This document shows, piece by piece, positions 56,067 to 64,000 of a stretch of DNA of 64,000 nt; position 1 is the stretch's first letter, and each line of letters opens with the position of its first letter. Source of the stretch: a virus. The position numbers and the translations under genes are program-made. The stretch covers positions 14,803 to 78,802 of IMG/VR virus record IMGVR_UViG_3300013137_000011; one strand, 5' to 3'. The notes under the pieces were generated by a model, which was not told the DNA's origin, ran no database searches, and saw only the letters and a program-made list of their open reading frames with translations.

Positions 56067-56288
56067 TCATCCTTTCCTTATTGTATTTAACTTGATATTA
56101 TCAAGTATTTCCTCTTCATCATCCATCAAATAATGATTCCATGCAAAATGAACTTTATCTTCTTCTAAAAATTTTCGACCTTTTAGGTCTTCTTTCTTAG
56201 TAACAAATATACATTCTGAATCTGTAAATCCCATATCAATCTTTTTTATAACACAAGCCTGTCTAGTGTCACCAACGATAATATTCAA
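56067..56288 (-). CDS. hypothetical protein
   Basis: GGAGGT RBS. Confidence 0.6.
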   Translation of the reverse strand: MNIIVGDTRQACVIKKIDMGFTDSECIFVTKKEDLKGRKFLEEDKVHFAWNHYLMDDEEEILDNIKLNTIRKG

Positions 56289-56303
56289 TAGTTTATACCT
56301 CCT

Positions 56304-57845
56304 TCATCTTGCTGATATAACAAAATATTCATCATCATCGTCATCTTCTTCTGATACAGGAAACCATCCTTTAAAAAACTCGAACGCAATCTTGGCCTGA
56401 ACCCTTAACATTGATATTCTGTGGTCGTCTGTAGTATTATATACCATTCTTCCGTCTGGGTTTTTCCTTTGCCAAGCCTTAGCAAATTCTTTATCAAATT
56501 CATTTGAAATTGGAGGAAGAGAAATTAATTCATTGTCTATTTCAAATATAAGATATTCTGTTGTCCAGAATTTTACTTGTCTTCTTATTCCATTTATGAA
56601 TATCTCATCTGTCATTTCCATTCCATCTTCATCAACTTCATCTTCTTCTTTATATTCATCGGTTTTCATAGATGAATTGAATTCAACTGCATTTAATTTA
56701 TCAATAGGATAACCAGATTCTATTGCAGATTCCTGGAATCCCCTACCATAATATCCAAAGTCAAATCCAAGTAGCATCTTTCTCCCATAGTGATTATATA
56801 TCTTTGTTGCAAATCTACCTTGAACTATAGTATCAATTGCTAAAATTTCAATTATTTGATGTAATGTCCATTTTCCACAAGAGTCTAATGTCCATAATCC
56901 TACAATTGAAGGATCTGGTTTATATCCAAGATCCCAAGTTTGAGCCATAGCAACACAGTTAGATGGTAATCTAGGAAGAATTATTGAATTAAGAACTTCA
57001 TCATCAGTTTTATCTTCACTTTTACTTACAACTATATCCATATAGTCAGCATCTAGTCTAGTTATCTTATCAATCTTATCCAAATCAAAAAGTTTGCTTA
57101 CCGGATCGCCCCATAATGAATATAGTCTATTCTTTGCTTCTTGAGATCCCTTCCCGCCAACAGCCCTAAGAATCTTATTATATTGTTCTAAGGTACATCT
57201 ACTAGATTTCCATCTAGGAATATTTATAACAAAGAAATCTCCAACTTTCTTGTGTGAAACTTTATATAAAACAGACTGTCTATCTCCATTAATCATTCCA
57301 CAACTATATAGAGAACAGCCTGCTTTCATTCTTGAGTATATTTCATCCATTGATTTATGAGGTGCAATTTCCTCTTCATCCCTCATAACAATTCCATCTG
57401 GATGGATTCCATAATACGCCTCTCCAAATGTAGATGCAATCCTACATTTTAATACTGAATCATTAGAAAAAGAACATTCTATTTCAGGATGTCTTACTAT
57501 TTTCCTGAGCAATAGTTTTGCTAGTGGATTGTTCTTTGCCCTTTCTTCAATAGCACTAATAACAGGATCAAGATGAACTCTCCTTGGTGCTGTAAAGAGT
57601 GATATCGTTCTAGGCTTCTTTTTCCCACAGAAATAGTATGCTCTAGTTACTAGTTGGAATGTTTTTCCTGTTTCTGGACAAGATGTATCAACAATTTCAT
57701 CATAAACTTCAGATAAAATCATTCTTGCATCTTGGTAATCATCCATTTTATATCCACGATCATACCAAAGCAAATCCATAAATATAACTGGATCGTCAAT
57801 TGCATCCATCAAATCGAGATATTCCTGTGTTAATTGTTTCTGCAT
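56304..57845 (-). CDS. terL: terminase large subunit
   Basis: DPVIF, YQ (adenine-binding), TGKT Walker A, RDE Walker B, WDLG...D and DDH nuclease motifs. Confidence 0.85.
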   Translation of the reverse strand: MQKQLTQEYLDLMDAIDDPVIFMDLLWYDRGYKMDDYQDARMILSEVYDEIVDTSCPETGKTFQLVTRAYYFCGKKKPRTISLFTAPRRVHLDPVISAIEERAKNNPLAKLLLRKIVRHPEIECSFSNDSVLKCRIASTFGEAYYGIHPDGIVMRDEEEIAPHKSMDEIYSRMKAGCSLYSCGMINGDRQSVLYKVSHKKVGDFFVINIPRWKSSRCTLEQYNKILRAVGGKGSQEAKNRLYSLWGDPVSKLFDLDKIDKITRLDADYMDIVVSKSEDKTDDEVLNSIILPRLPSNCVAMAQTWDLGYKPDPSIVGLWTLDSCGKWTLHQIIEILAIDTIVQGRFATKIYNHYGRKMLLGFDFGYYGRGFQESAIESGYPIDKLNAVEFNSSMKTDEYKEEDEVDEDGMEMTDEIFINGIRRQVKFWTTEYLIFEIDNELISLPPISNEFDKEFAKAWQRKNPDGRMVYNTTDDHRISMLRVQAKIAFEFFKGWFPVSEEDDDDDEYFVISAR

Positions 57846-58493
57846 TTATAACAAATCTCCAAAAATATCTACTTTGAATGGATTCTCAAGTTTACCCCAT
57901 TGATTTGCCATAGCCGACGCAATTCCTTCAAATGTTCTACTTCTATCTTTTCCACGATCTGATTTTTTTTGATTTCTAAATAATTTTGACATCCTAACTC
58001 CAGGTCTTATAAAAACATAATCTGGTTCAACGTATTCTGTTGGTATTAATTTAGGAAGATTTTTTAACCATAAACATGTCTTCTTTGGTATTTCATGACC
58101 AAACTCATGTGGACTTATTATTTGATCTGGCTTTCTATAGATATTTGACATTATTCCTACTGGATTTTCTATTGCAATCATTGGTATATTCGAATTTGCA
58201 AACATCATAAAAAATTTTATTGCGTCTAACTGTGCCTTATGTTTATCATAACTATACTGTATGTGTTGGGCTCCTGAACTACACAAATATGTACATGGTG
58301 GATGTGCTATCATTAAATCAAAATCATCATTTATTATATCAAGTACATTTCCTTTGTAGTGCTTTAGAAAACTGTCTTCGCAATCTAATAAATCACAACT
58401 TATAACATCATGCCCTAATTTCAAAAACGCTCTATTTACCACTCCAGAAAATTCACATGCTACAAGAATTTTCATTGACAATTTCCTATTCAA
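57846..58493 (-). CDS. C5-cytosine DNA methyltransferase-like protein
   Basis: ILVACEFSG, AHPPCTYL, IENP, KKTCLW, RSRTF.GIA.AMA.QWG. Confidence 0.85.
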   Translation of the reverse strand: MNRKLSMKILVACEFSGVVNRAFLKLGHDVISCDLLDCEDSFLKHYKGNVLDIINDDFDLMIAHPPCTYLCSSGAQHIQYSYDKHKAQLDAIKFFMMFANSNIPMIAIENPVGIMSNIYRKPDQIISPHEFGHEIPKKTCLWLKNLPKLIPTEYVEPDYVFIRPGVRMSKLFRNQKKSDRGKDRSRTFEGIASAMANQWGKLENPFKVDIFGDLL

Positions 58494-59112
58494 AAACAGG
58501 ATCTTTTGGAAGATTTAGTTCTTCTATATTAATATCAATATATCCTCTACTTGCAATATAATCAATAAGATGTACAAATTTTTCTTCTTCTGTGCCTGGA
58601 TATCTTAATACAAATTTTGAATATCTATTAGTTATCCATTTACCCATATGAGATTCAATCATTCCACAAATAGATTTAATATATTTATCTTCAATAGTTT
58701 TTTCAGAACACTCATAAACACGATAAAAGAAGTTTGCTGCAAGAATTGGATGCTCATGTACTGTATATCCATTTGAACTACTAGTTTGTTTTATAGAATC
58801 GTGCAAAATAATTGCAGCAAGAATACAATCTTTTTGGGTTTCATCAAAATTGTAAAGTTGGAACAAATCAAGAGCAAATTTAAACATTAACTTAGTATGA
58901 ATTACAGTACCATGTTTTCCTCTGCATATAGTAGGATGATACTTACCTGTGCTAGATGCAGGAATATCCCAGAACATTTCTGAGATATTATAAAGCATCT
59001 TGTGAACCAATTTTCTAATCTCTATGTTAGAGATTGACAGTAACTCTGACTTAAACCATCTTTCAACTTGTTCTCCAGGAGTAAAATCCATACTATTGAC
59101 CATCCGTTTCAT
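58486..59112 (-). CDS. HD-domain phosphohydrolase
   Basis: PASSTGKYHP, H...LHD...H...SHMG.W...HLID. Confidence 0.85.
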   Translation of the reverse strand: MKRMVNSMDFTPGEQVERWFKSELLSISNIEIRKLVHKMLYNISEMFWDIPASSTGKYHPTICRGKHGTVIHTKLMFKFALDLFQLYNFDETQKDCILAAIILHDSIKQTSSSNGYTVHEHPILAANFFYRVYECSEKTIEDKYIKSICGMIESHMGKWITNRYSKFVLRYPGTEEEKFVHLIDYIASRGYIDINIEELNLPKDPVFE

Positions 59113-59740
59113 CTATAATATCCCAAGCATTTTGGATGATCTGTCTCTCATAATCTCTCTCAGAAACAACCATATCTGTTTCGAAGATAATATTAACAGG
59201 ATCTTGAGATGGTTCTATTCCATTCTCAAAATCCTCTAATTTACTCTTATGTAACGTATTATTTCTTCTATTTACAAGAATTATAGCCTCGCAATGAGGA
59301 CAATACATCGTATATTCATCTTCATGTTCTTTCTTATATTGAGCATGTAACTCAATCAATTCTTGTAGTGTTTCTTGACCAGTTTTACTTTGTGTTCTTT
59401 TTATCTCCTGCTCTCTTGTTATTCCTAACGATACTTGGATTCGTCTAATTTGTTCAATTATTGATGATTTTTGCCTGTGCTGTTCAGTATTAGCCATTGG
59501 TTCTGCGTCAATACGATTTCTAGTTATTTCTAGTGATATCATATTTGCGATAAGAACCCAATCCGCTAATTCAGGATTATATCTCTCTTCAAAATCAATA
59601 ATCCTTTGCGTAGCGAACGCAAACTCTTCCATTGTCCTACATACTATGTAATCCCCTCCAGGCACAGGAACATGCATTACAGTCATTACAGGGGCCTGAA
59701 TGTTGCTATCTGCGGGTTTGCGACTTCTCGAAGTGGACAT
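59093..59740 (-). CDS. putative terminase small subunit (leaderless)
   Basis: First late gene; helical with LGITRE and CPHC; ATG lies at the predicted +1. Confidence 0.5.
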   Translation of the reverse strand: MSTSRSRKPADSNIQAPVMTVMHVPVPGGDYIVCRTMEEFAFATQRIIDFEERYNPELADWVLIANMISLEITRNRIDAEPMANTEQHRQKSSIIEQIRRIQVSLGITREQEIKRTQSKTGQETLQELIELHAQYKKEHEDEYTMYCPHCEAIILVNRRNNTLHKSKLEDFENGIEPSQDPVNIIFETDMVVSERDYERQIIQNAWDIIDETDGQ

Positions 59741-59746
59741 GTTAAT

Positions 59747-59775
59747 ATTATAATGAAAATGGCCGAAATAGTCAA
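59747..59775 (-). promoter_or_regulatory. sigma70-type promoter TTGACT-17-TATAAT
   Basis: Minus strand reads TTGACT atttcggccattttcat TATAAT attaac ATG. Confidence 0.8.
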
Positions 59776-59816
59776 CAAGTAGTAGTTAATATGATTATCA
59801 CATTATGTTTAGACAA

Positions 59817-59846
59817 TTGACATTCTAGGTAAATATATGGTAGAAT
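59817..59846 (+). promoter_or_regulatory. sigma70-type promoter TTGACA-18-TAGAAT with extended -10
   Basis: Divergent from the late promoter. Confidence 0.7.
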
Positions 59847-59873
59847 TAACTTAGCGAAGAGGAGAGTGTCAAA

Positions 59874-60170
59874 ATGAATGAGTTTCCAGACAAAAAAATG
59901 CTAGTGGTGCTAGTAGATCAGGATACTTACGATAATCTAGCAGAACTTGCAAAAAACAAAAATATTACAACTGTAGAATTTGCAAATCAAATTCTTCACT
60001 CCATATCTCTTATCGAAGTAGTGAAGAAGGATTTTGCAATTCCTAAAGAACATCTTGAACTAATAGAAAAGAAAAGGGAAGAGAAAAAAGCGAAAGAAAA
60101 GATTGAAGAACCAATTAAAAAGGTAGAAGTTGTTAAGGAAGAAATTAATATGGATGATTTGTTTGAATAA
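59874..60170 (+). CDS. RHH-like regulator
   Basis: VLVDQDTYDNLAELAKNKNITTVEFANQIL. Confidence 0.55.
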   Translation: MNEFPDKKMLVVLVDQDTYDNLAELAKNKNITTVEFANQILHSISLIEVVKKDFAIPKEHLELIEKKREEKKAKEKIEEPIKKVEVVKEEINMDDLFE

Positions 60171-60189
60171 AATAAAAGGAGAATTTAAA

Positions 60190-60465
60190 ATGGCGGAATA
60201 TATCAGAAAAGAAGGAATTGTTGACGCAACAAAAATTACTAATGTGGATACTGCAGATGGTGAAACTGGTAAATCTACTCTCAATGAAGGTGATTATGTA
60301 GTTAAGGGAAGGCATCGTTGGGATACTGAGCCTAGAATTGTTTCTAAGAAGGATTTTGAGAGCGAATATACCAGAATTAATAAAGGAAAGACTGAGGAGC
60401 CGCCAAAACCGCCAACCATGCAAGAAATTGCTTCAAAGAAAATGAACGATATTGGTATGAGGTGA
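60190..60465 (+). CDS. conserved small phage protein (PGDYG-like: GDYVVKG...F...Y)
   Basis: AAGGAG RBS; family pattern. Confidence 0.55.
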   Translation: MAEYIRKEGIVDATKITNVDTADGETGKSTLNEGDYVVKGRHRWDTEPRIVSKKDFESEYTRINKGKTEEPPKPPTMQEIASKKMNDIGMR

Positions 60466-60469
60466 TAAA

Positions 60470-60694
60470 ATGTCAAAAGGTACTAATACTTTGGCGATTG
60501 AATGGGGAAAACTGTTTCTGAAACAACTTTATGGCAATATGCCATTAAGTCAAGTACATAAAATTACAAGACCAGTATCTAAAGGTGGAATATCCAATAT
60601 CGGAAATAGGAAGAAACATTCAATGATGAATGATATAAAAAACAAAAGACGACGAAAGATTTCGAAACTTAGCCGAAGGGCTAATAGGTGCTAA
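60470..60694 (+). CDS. small basic protein
   Basis: GAGGTG RBS; KRRRKISKLSRRANR tail. Confidence 0.65.
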   Translation: MSKGTNTLAIEWGKLFLKQLYGNMPLSQVHKITRPVSKGGISNIGNRKKHSMMNDIKNKRRRKISKLSRRANRC

Positions 60695-60720
60695 GGGGTT
60701 AAAATATTCTATTTGAAATA

Positions 60721-60750
60721 TAGACTATAAGATTTATTTCTTATAGTCTA
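60721..60750. promoter_or_regulatory. perfect 12-bp inverted repeat (operator or hairpin)
   Basis: tagactataaga-tttatt-tcttatagtcta. Confidence 0.55.
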
Positions 60751-60773
60751 ATTATTTAAAGGAGAATTTTAAA

Positions 60774-61550
60774 ATGGATAATACTGAAGTTAATGGTTGT
60801 CTTCATCTTCTTGGTCATGGTATTCTGCATACGAGATATTGTGATAAGTGCAAATCTGAATATAAGTTTTATGAAAAAAACAATACTCAAAATGTAGAAA
60901 TTAAATGTACTAAATGTATGAAAAGAAATCGCATTAAAAATAATATTGTAGTAAATAAAGATGTTCATAAACTTACTCCAGCAGATGTAAATATTTTGAT
61001 AAACAATAATCTTGTTATTGCAAATCTTGTAATGCATTGTAAAGTACAGGATAAAGTATATACAGAACCAGTAGACTTATCTTCAATTGCTATAGATAAA
61101 TCATATAATGTTTTCGAATTATCTAATTATGCATATAATCTTAATTTAGATTGTAGAATTTGTAAAGAAATTAATGAAGAAGTTAAAAATGGATATAGTT
61201 TTAATCTTGATAAGAAATCATTCAAAAGAAAAATGAAAAAAGCAGGTAAATACCTAGATATCATCAATAGATATATTGATAAATATTATAAAGAAATAGA
61301 ATTTAGTCTGAATGATTTAATGTTGTTTTACTCGTTTTACTATAGATCAAACAAAATATCACTTAAAATCAACAATAGATTGGTAGATAATAAACTCGGA
61401 AAACTGATATTTATGTTCAGAAGATCAGTTTATAAAGCACTGATGCAAACAAATTCACAGTATAGAAAAATTATATTTGCTGATTATGGAAATAACGAAT
61501 TATTACAATTATCTGGTAGTTCTCATCTGCCTTCATTTTGGGGAAAGTAG
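60774..61550 (+). CDS. hypothetical Zn-binding protein
   Basis: CDKC, CTKC, CRIC. Confidence 0.6.
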   Translation: MDNTEVNGCLHLLGHGILHTRYCDKCKSEYKFYEKNNTQNVEIKCTKCMKRNRIKNNIVVNKDVHKLTPADVNILINNNLVIANLVMHCKVQDKVYTEPVDLSSIAIDKSYNVFELSNYAYNLNLDCRICKEINEEVKNGYSFNLDKKSFKRKMKKAGKYLDIINRYIDKYYKEIEFSLNDLMLFYSFYYRSNKISLKINNRLVDNKLGKLIFMFRRSVYKALMQTNSQYRKIIFADYGNNELLQLSGSSHLPSFWGK

Positions 61551-61559
61551 GAGGTATTT

Positions 61560-61670
61560 ATGTTCTGTGAAATCTTTGATTCTAACTGGTGGTATATGTT
61601 TTGGGTATATTTTATCTTATTTGGCATACTAATGACAATATCGAAAGGAAATAATAATAAAAGTGGCTGA
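61560..61670 (+). CDS. 36-aa membrane peptide (not in the ORF track)
   Basis: AGGAGGT RBS; WWYMFWVYFILFGILMTI. Confidence 0.55.
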   Translation: MFCEIFDSNWWYMFWVYFILFGILMTISKGNNNKSG

Positions 61671-61920
61671 CAATAGGACATATACTTCAAAAGAATATAA
61701 CATAGCAATAACATTATCCGGTTTTTACTGTATTAATATCGAAGATGCACTAAAAATTGCTTGTTACGATGGCCCAAAAACATGCAATACATGCGATAAT
61801 TATGATACATCTAATAGAAAGGAATATCAACAAGGTAGATGTATAAAAAGAGACAAGTTTTTTCATGGAACTTATAAATGTTGGATGTGGTTTAACAAAA
61901 AAATAGCACAAATGGACTAA
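61663..61920 (+). CDS. small Cys-rich protein
   Basis: TCNTC...GRC...C..W. Confidence 0.55.
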   Translation: MADNRTYTSKEYNIAITLSGFYCINIEDALKIACYDGPKTCNTCDNYDTSNRKEYQQGRCIKRDKFFHGTYKCWMWFNKKIAQMD

Positions 61921-61925
61921 ATATC

Positions 61926-62627
61926 ATGAATATAGAGATAAAACTCAGAGATGTAAGTAAATATCTAATAAATTTTATAGATTTTGTAATAGCAAACGCA
62001 AAAATTGAAAAGAAAAAAAACAAAATCGTAAGAAAAAAATTTATGAAAAATAAAGAAATATTTGTATTTGATATAAAAAATTATATAAGTCTAATCAAAT
62101 ACATAATAAACTCAAAAAGAATTCCAGACGATCACCCCTTATTTGATGATATTTTTCAAAATTGTTGTCTAGAAGTATTCAAATTATCAAAAAGATTCGA
62201 TCCAAAGTTTGGAATTGATTTCACAACATATATGCATCATAGGGTTGTTGGTTGTATTAAGGATTTTTTCAGAGAAATAACTCAACTCTCTAGAGGGGAT
62301 ATTAAAAAAATAAGAAATTTACAAGAAATTCCAGAAAAATTAATGAAACCACTAAGTATAGATGATGCAGATTTTAAAACTAGTTTAATCCCAACAATTG
62401 AATTTGAAAATAAATTAATAGAAGACTTATCATTTGATGAAATGATGAAAAAACTTATAAATTTGTCAAAACAATTTAGAAGATCAGATATAATTGAAGA
62501 TTATTTGAATACTCAAAATATGGGAATAACAGCAAAAAATTTTGGATTGTGTAATAGTAGAATTAGTCAAATAATTTCTGAGTTTAGAAATATAGTTAGA
62601 GACAATCTTGACTATATATTAAATTAA
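61926..62627 (+). CDS. phage sigma-70 family factor (FliA/SigF-like)
   Basis: RFDPKFGIDFTTY...G.IKD..R (region 2); PLSID; FGLCNSRISQI (region 4.2). Confidence 0.85.
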   Translation: MNIEIKLRDVSKYLINFIDFVIANAKIEKKKNKIVRKKFMKNKEIFVFDIKNYISLIKYIINSKRIPDDHPLFDDIFQNCCLEVFKLSKRFDPKFGIDFTTYMHHRVVGCIKDFFREITQLSRGDIKKIRNLQEIPEKLMKPLSIDDADFKTSLIPTIEFENKLIEDLSFDEMMKKLINLSKQFRRSDIIEDYLNTQNMGITAKNFGLCNSRISQIISEFRNIVRDNLDYILN

Positions 62628-62641
62628 AGGAGGAATTTATT

Positions 62642-62983
62642 ATGGGTTGGTTTGATTTTTTATTTGATAAAGTTAAAACAAAAGAGGAGTTATTGCTTGA
62701 TGAAGTATGTCCAATTGTTCCCCCACCAAGACAATGTGGAAGTACAATATATTTTGATAAATATCATATTGCAACGAATATAAATACATTTAATTTCAAA
62801 ATATACCAAGATATATATTGGTCAAAGTTACAAAAATTTGTCTTATCTGGAATGTCAATTGATAAATCAGAAGAGAGGGCTCAAATGGAAGCCATGTACG
62901 ACACTATTAAAGATGGGGAGAGAAAATATGGTAATGCTATAAAAGATAGTGATGAGTATGCTCGCAAAATAGGGTTAAAATAA
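62642..62983 (+). CDS. hypothetical protein
   Basis: AAGGAGG RBS. Confidence 0.6.
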   Translation: MGWFDFLFDKVKTKEELLLDEVCPIVPPPRQCGSTIYFDKYHIATNINTFNFKIYQDIYWSKLQKFVLSGMSIDKSEERAQMEAMYDTIKDGERKYGNAIKDSDEYARKIGLK

Positions 62984-63001
62984 GTTAAAGGAGGATTTAG
63001 T

Positions 63002-63268
63002 ATGAAAAGACTTACTAAGGTTGCAATCTGTAGGAAATTAAAGGAACTTAGAGAATTAATGAACTTATCTCTAAAAGATGTTTCAAAAAAGACATCATAC
63101 TCAATTAATTCTTTATATAAGGTTGAGAGAGGATTTTTTATTCCTTCATTAGAAAAACTTAACAAACTCTGTAGAATATATGGATTAACTGTTGGAGAAT
63201 TATTTTTGCGTATTCAGTTTCCTAATGCTGCTATTAGTCTTAGAACTTTTATTGAAGATAATACTTAA
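63002..63268 (+). CDS. XRE-family HTH regulator
   Basis: LKELRE..NLSLKDVS...LYKVERG...PSLEKL. Confidence 0.9.
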   Translation: MKRLTKVAICRKLKELRELMNLSLKDVSKKTSYSINSLYKVERGFFIPSLEKLNKLCRIYGLTVGELFLRIQFPNAAISLRTFIEDNT

Positions 63269-63283
63269 AGGAAGATTTATAAA

Positions 63284-63496
63284 ATGCAATTTCATATATC
63301 ATTACGCATGAGATTTAGAAATGATACTGGATTTGATGAAAAAATATCACTTCCAGTACCATGTAGACAAAACGAGACAATAGAATCTCTAGTTAAAAGG
63401 ATTCCTAAAGTATATTCTAATATATATGGAGACAATAATTCACTTCAATATGGGGACAAGATTGTTATTCAAGTACTTCCGCCGGATGTGCGATAG
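63284..63496 (+). CDS. hypothetical protein
   Basis: ORF with RBS. Confidence 0.55.
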   Translation: MQFHISLRMRFRNDTGFDEKISLPVPCRQNETIESLVKRIPKVYSNIYGDNNSLQYGDKIVIQVLPPDVR

Positions 63497-63811
63497 ATGG
63501 ATAAAATAAGAATAATTAATCGAGACTTCAAAATTCTTGAGGTAGACTCGCCAAATAAGGTACATCCTAAAGGCGACTCCGACGGATATTTGAGTTTCTC
63601 CAAACAAGAGATTAAGATTCTCAAAACACTCAATCCTCAGAGAAAGCAAGAAGTGCTTTGGCATGAAGTGATCCATGCTATAATTCTAATGAGTGAATTG
63701 GAAGATTGTTTTAAGGATGTTAATCACGAAGAAAAATTCACAGTCATGTTCACTCGGATTTTACTGGATGTAATAGGCAGAAATTCGAATCTTCTCAAAC
63801 ACCTTATGTAA
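63497..63811 (+). CDS. ImmA/IrrE-like HExxH metallopeptidase
   Basis: QEVLWHEVIHAI...HEE. Confidence 0.75.
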   Translation: MDKIRIINRDFKILEVDSPNKVHPKGDSDGYLSFSKQEIKILKTLNPQRKQEVLWHEVIHAIILMSELEDCFKDVNHEEKFTVMFTRILLDVIGRNSNLLKHLM

Positions 63812-63859
63812 GGTTCAGCATTTCCCTACATTCATCCGATTTCTTAGCTTCCAATAATC

Positions 63860-63893
63860 AGGCCATCCCATTTATCCGTGGGGTGGCCTTTTT
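63860..63893 (+). terminator. intrinsic terminator
   Basis: aggccatccca/tggggtggcct 11-bp stem followed by TTTT. Confidence 0.8.
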
Positions 63894-63958
63894 GCTTCTC
63901 CAGCCTACCCCAAACTCAGTTCCATCCAAAAAAGATAATCTCATTTTATTATATATTA

Positions 63959-63990
63959 TACATGACATGGATCATACTCCATGACATGTA
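63959..63990. promoter_or_regulatory. operator-like inverted repeat with two CATGACATG units
   Basis: tacatgacatgga-tcatac-tccatgacatgta. Confidence 0.5.
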
Positions 63991-64000
63991 AAACAAAAAA

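Noticed and set aside
1-64000. Stop-codon reassignment (alternative genetic code)
   Set aside because: Long genes are intact in code 11, TAA, TAG and TGA all end genes, and no suppressor tRNA is present.

Overview
This is a large part, possibly most, of an AT-rich tailed dsDNA phage genome with a siphovirus-like layout. The host is unknown, but the genome uses sigma70-type promoters and strong AGGAGG ribosome-binding sites. The + strand (1-21996 and 59874-63811) carries early and middle genes: a Rad52/Sak-like annealase, a SpoVG-like SSB candidate, an AEP primase-helicase, a Cas4-like nuclease, RuvC, a beta clamp, ThyX, DNA methyltransferases, a sigma factor, an XRE regulator with an HExxH peptidase, and many small Zn-ribbon proteins. 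The - strand (59740 to about 22290) is the late operon: terminase, portal, protease/scaffold, capsid, head-tail proteins, major tail protein, a chaperone with a -1 frameshift, a 2446-aa tape measure, tail tip and fibre proteins, and a holin. The two arms diverge from back-to-back promoters at about 59750-59846 and converge at about 22000-22290. The best candidate for a new system is a phage-encoded glycan toolkit (GT4, GT9-methyltransferase fusion, GT2-like, methyltransferase, pyruvyltransferase-like) together with a [V/I]-S-T-S-[A/G/S] motif seen about 20 times in otherwise unrelated virion proteins. This suggests sequon-directed O-glycosylation of the virion (inference). Other notable elements are a hairpin family with a fixed GAGAUAA(N0-2)UCAAA loop after late genes, a promoter-driven ~190-nt sRNA candidate with anti-Shine-Dalgarno tracts, a tRNA-like four-way junction before the primase, a 143-nt structured element, a 2.6-kb cassette flanked by 27-bp repeats, and two broken genes. 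I saw no integrase, DNA polymerase, CRISPR array, canonical tRNA or reverse transcriptase. All calls come from reading motifs by eye; no database search was run.
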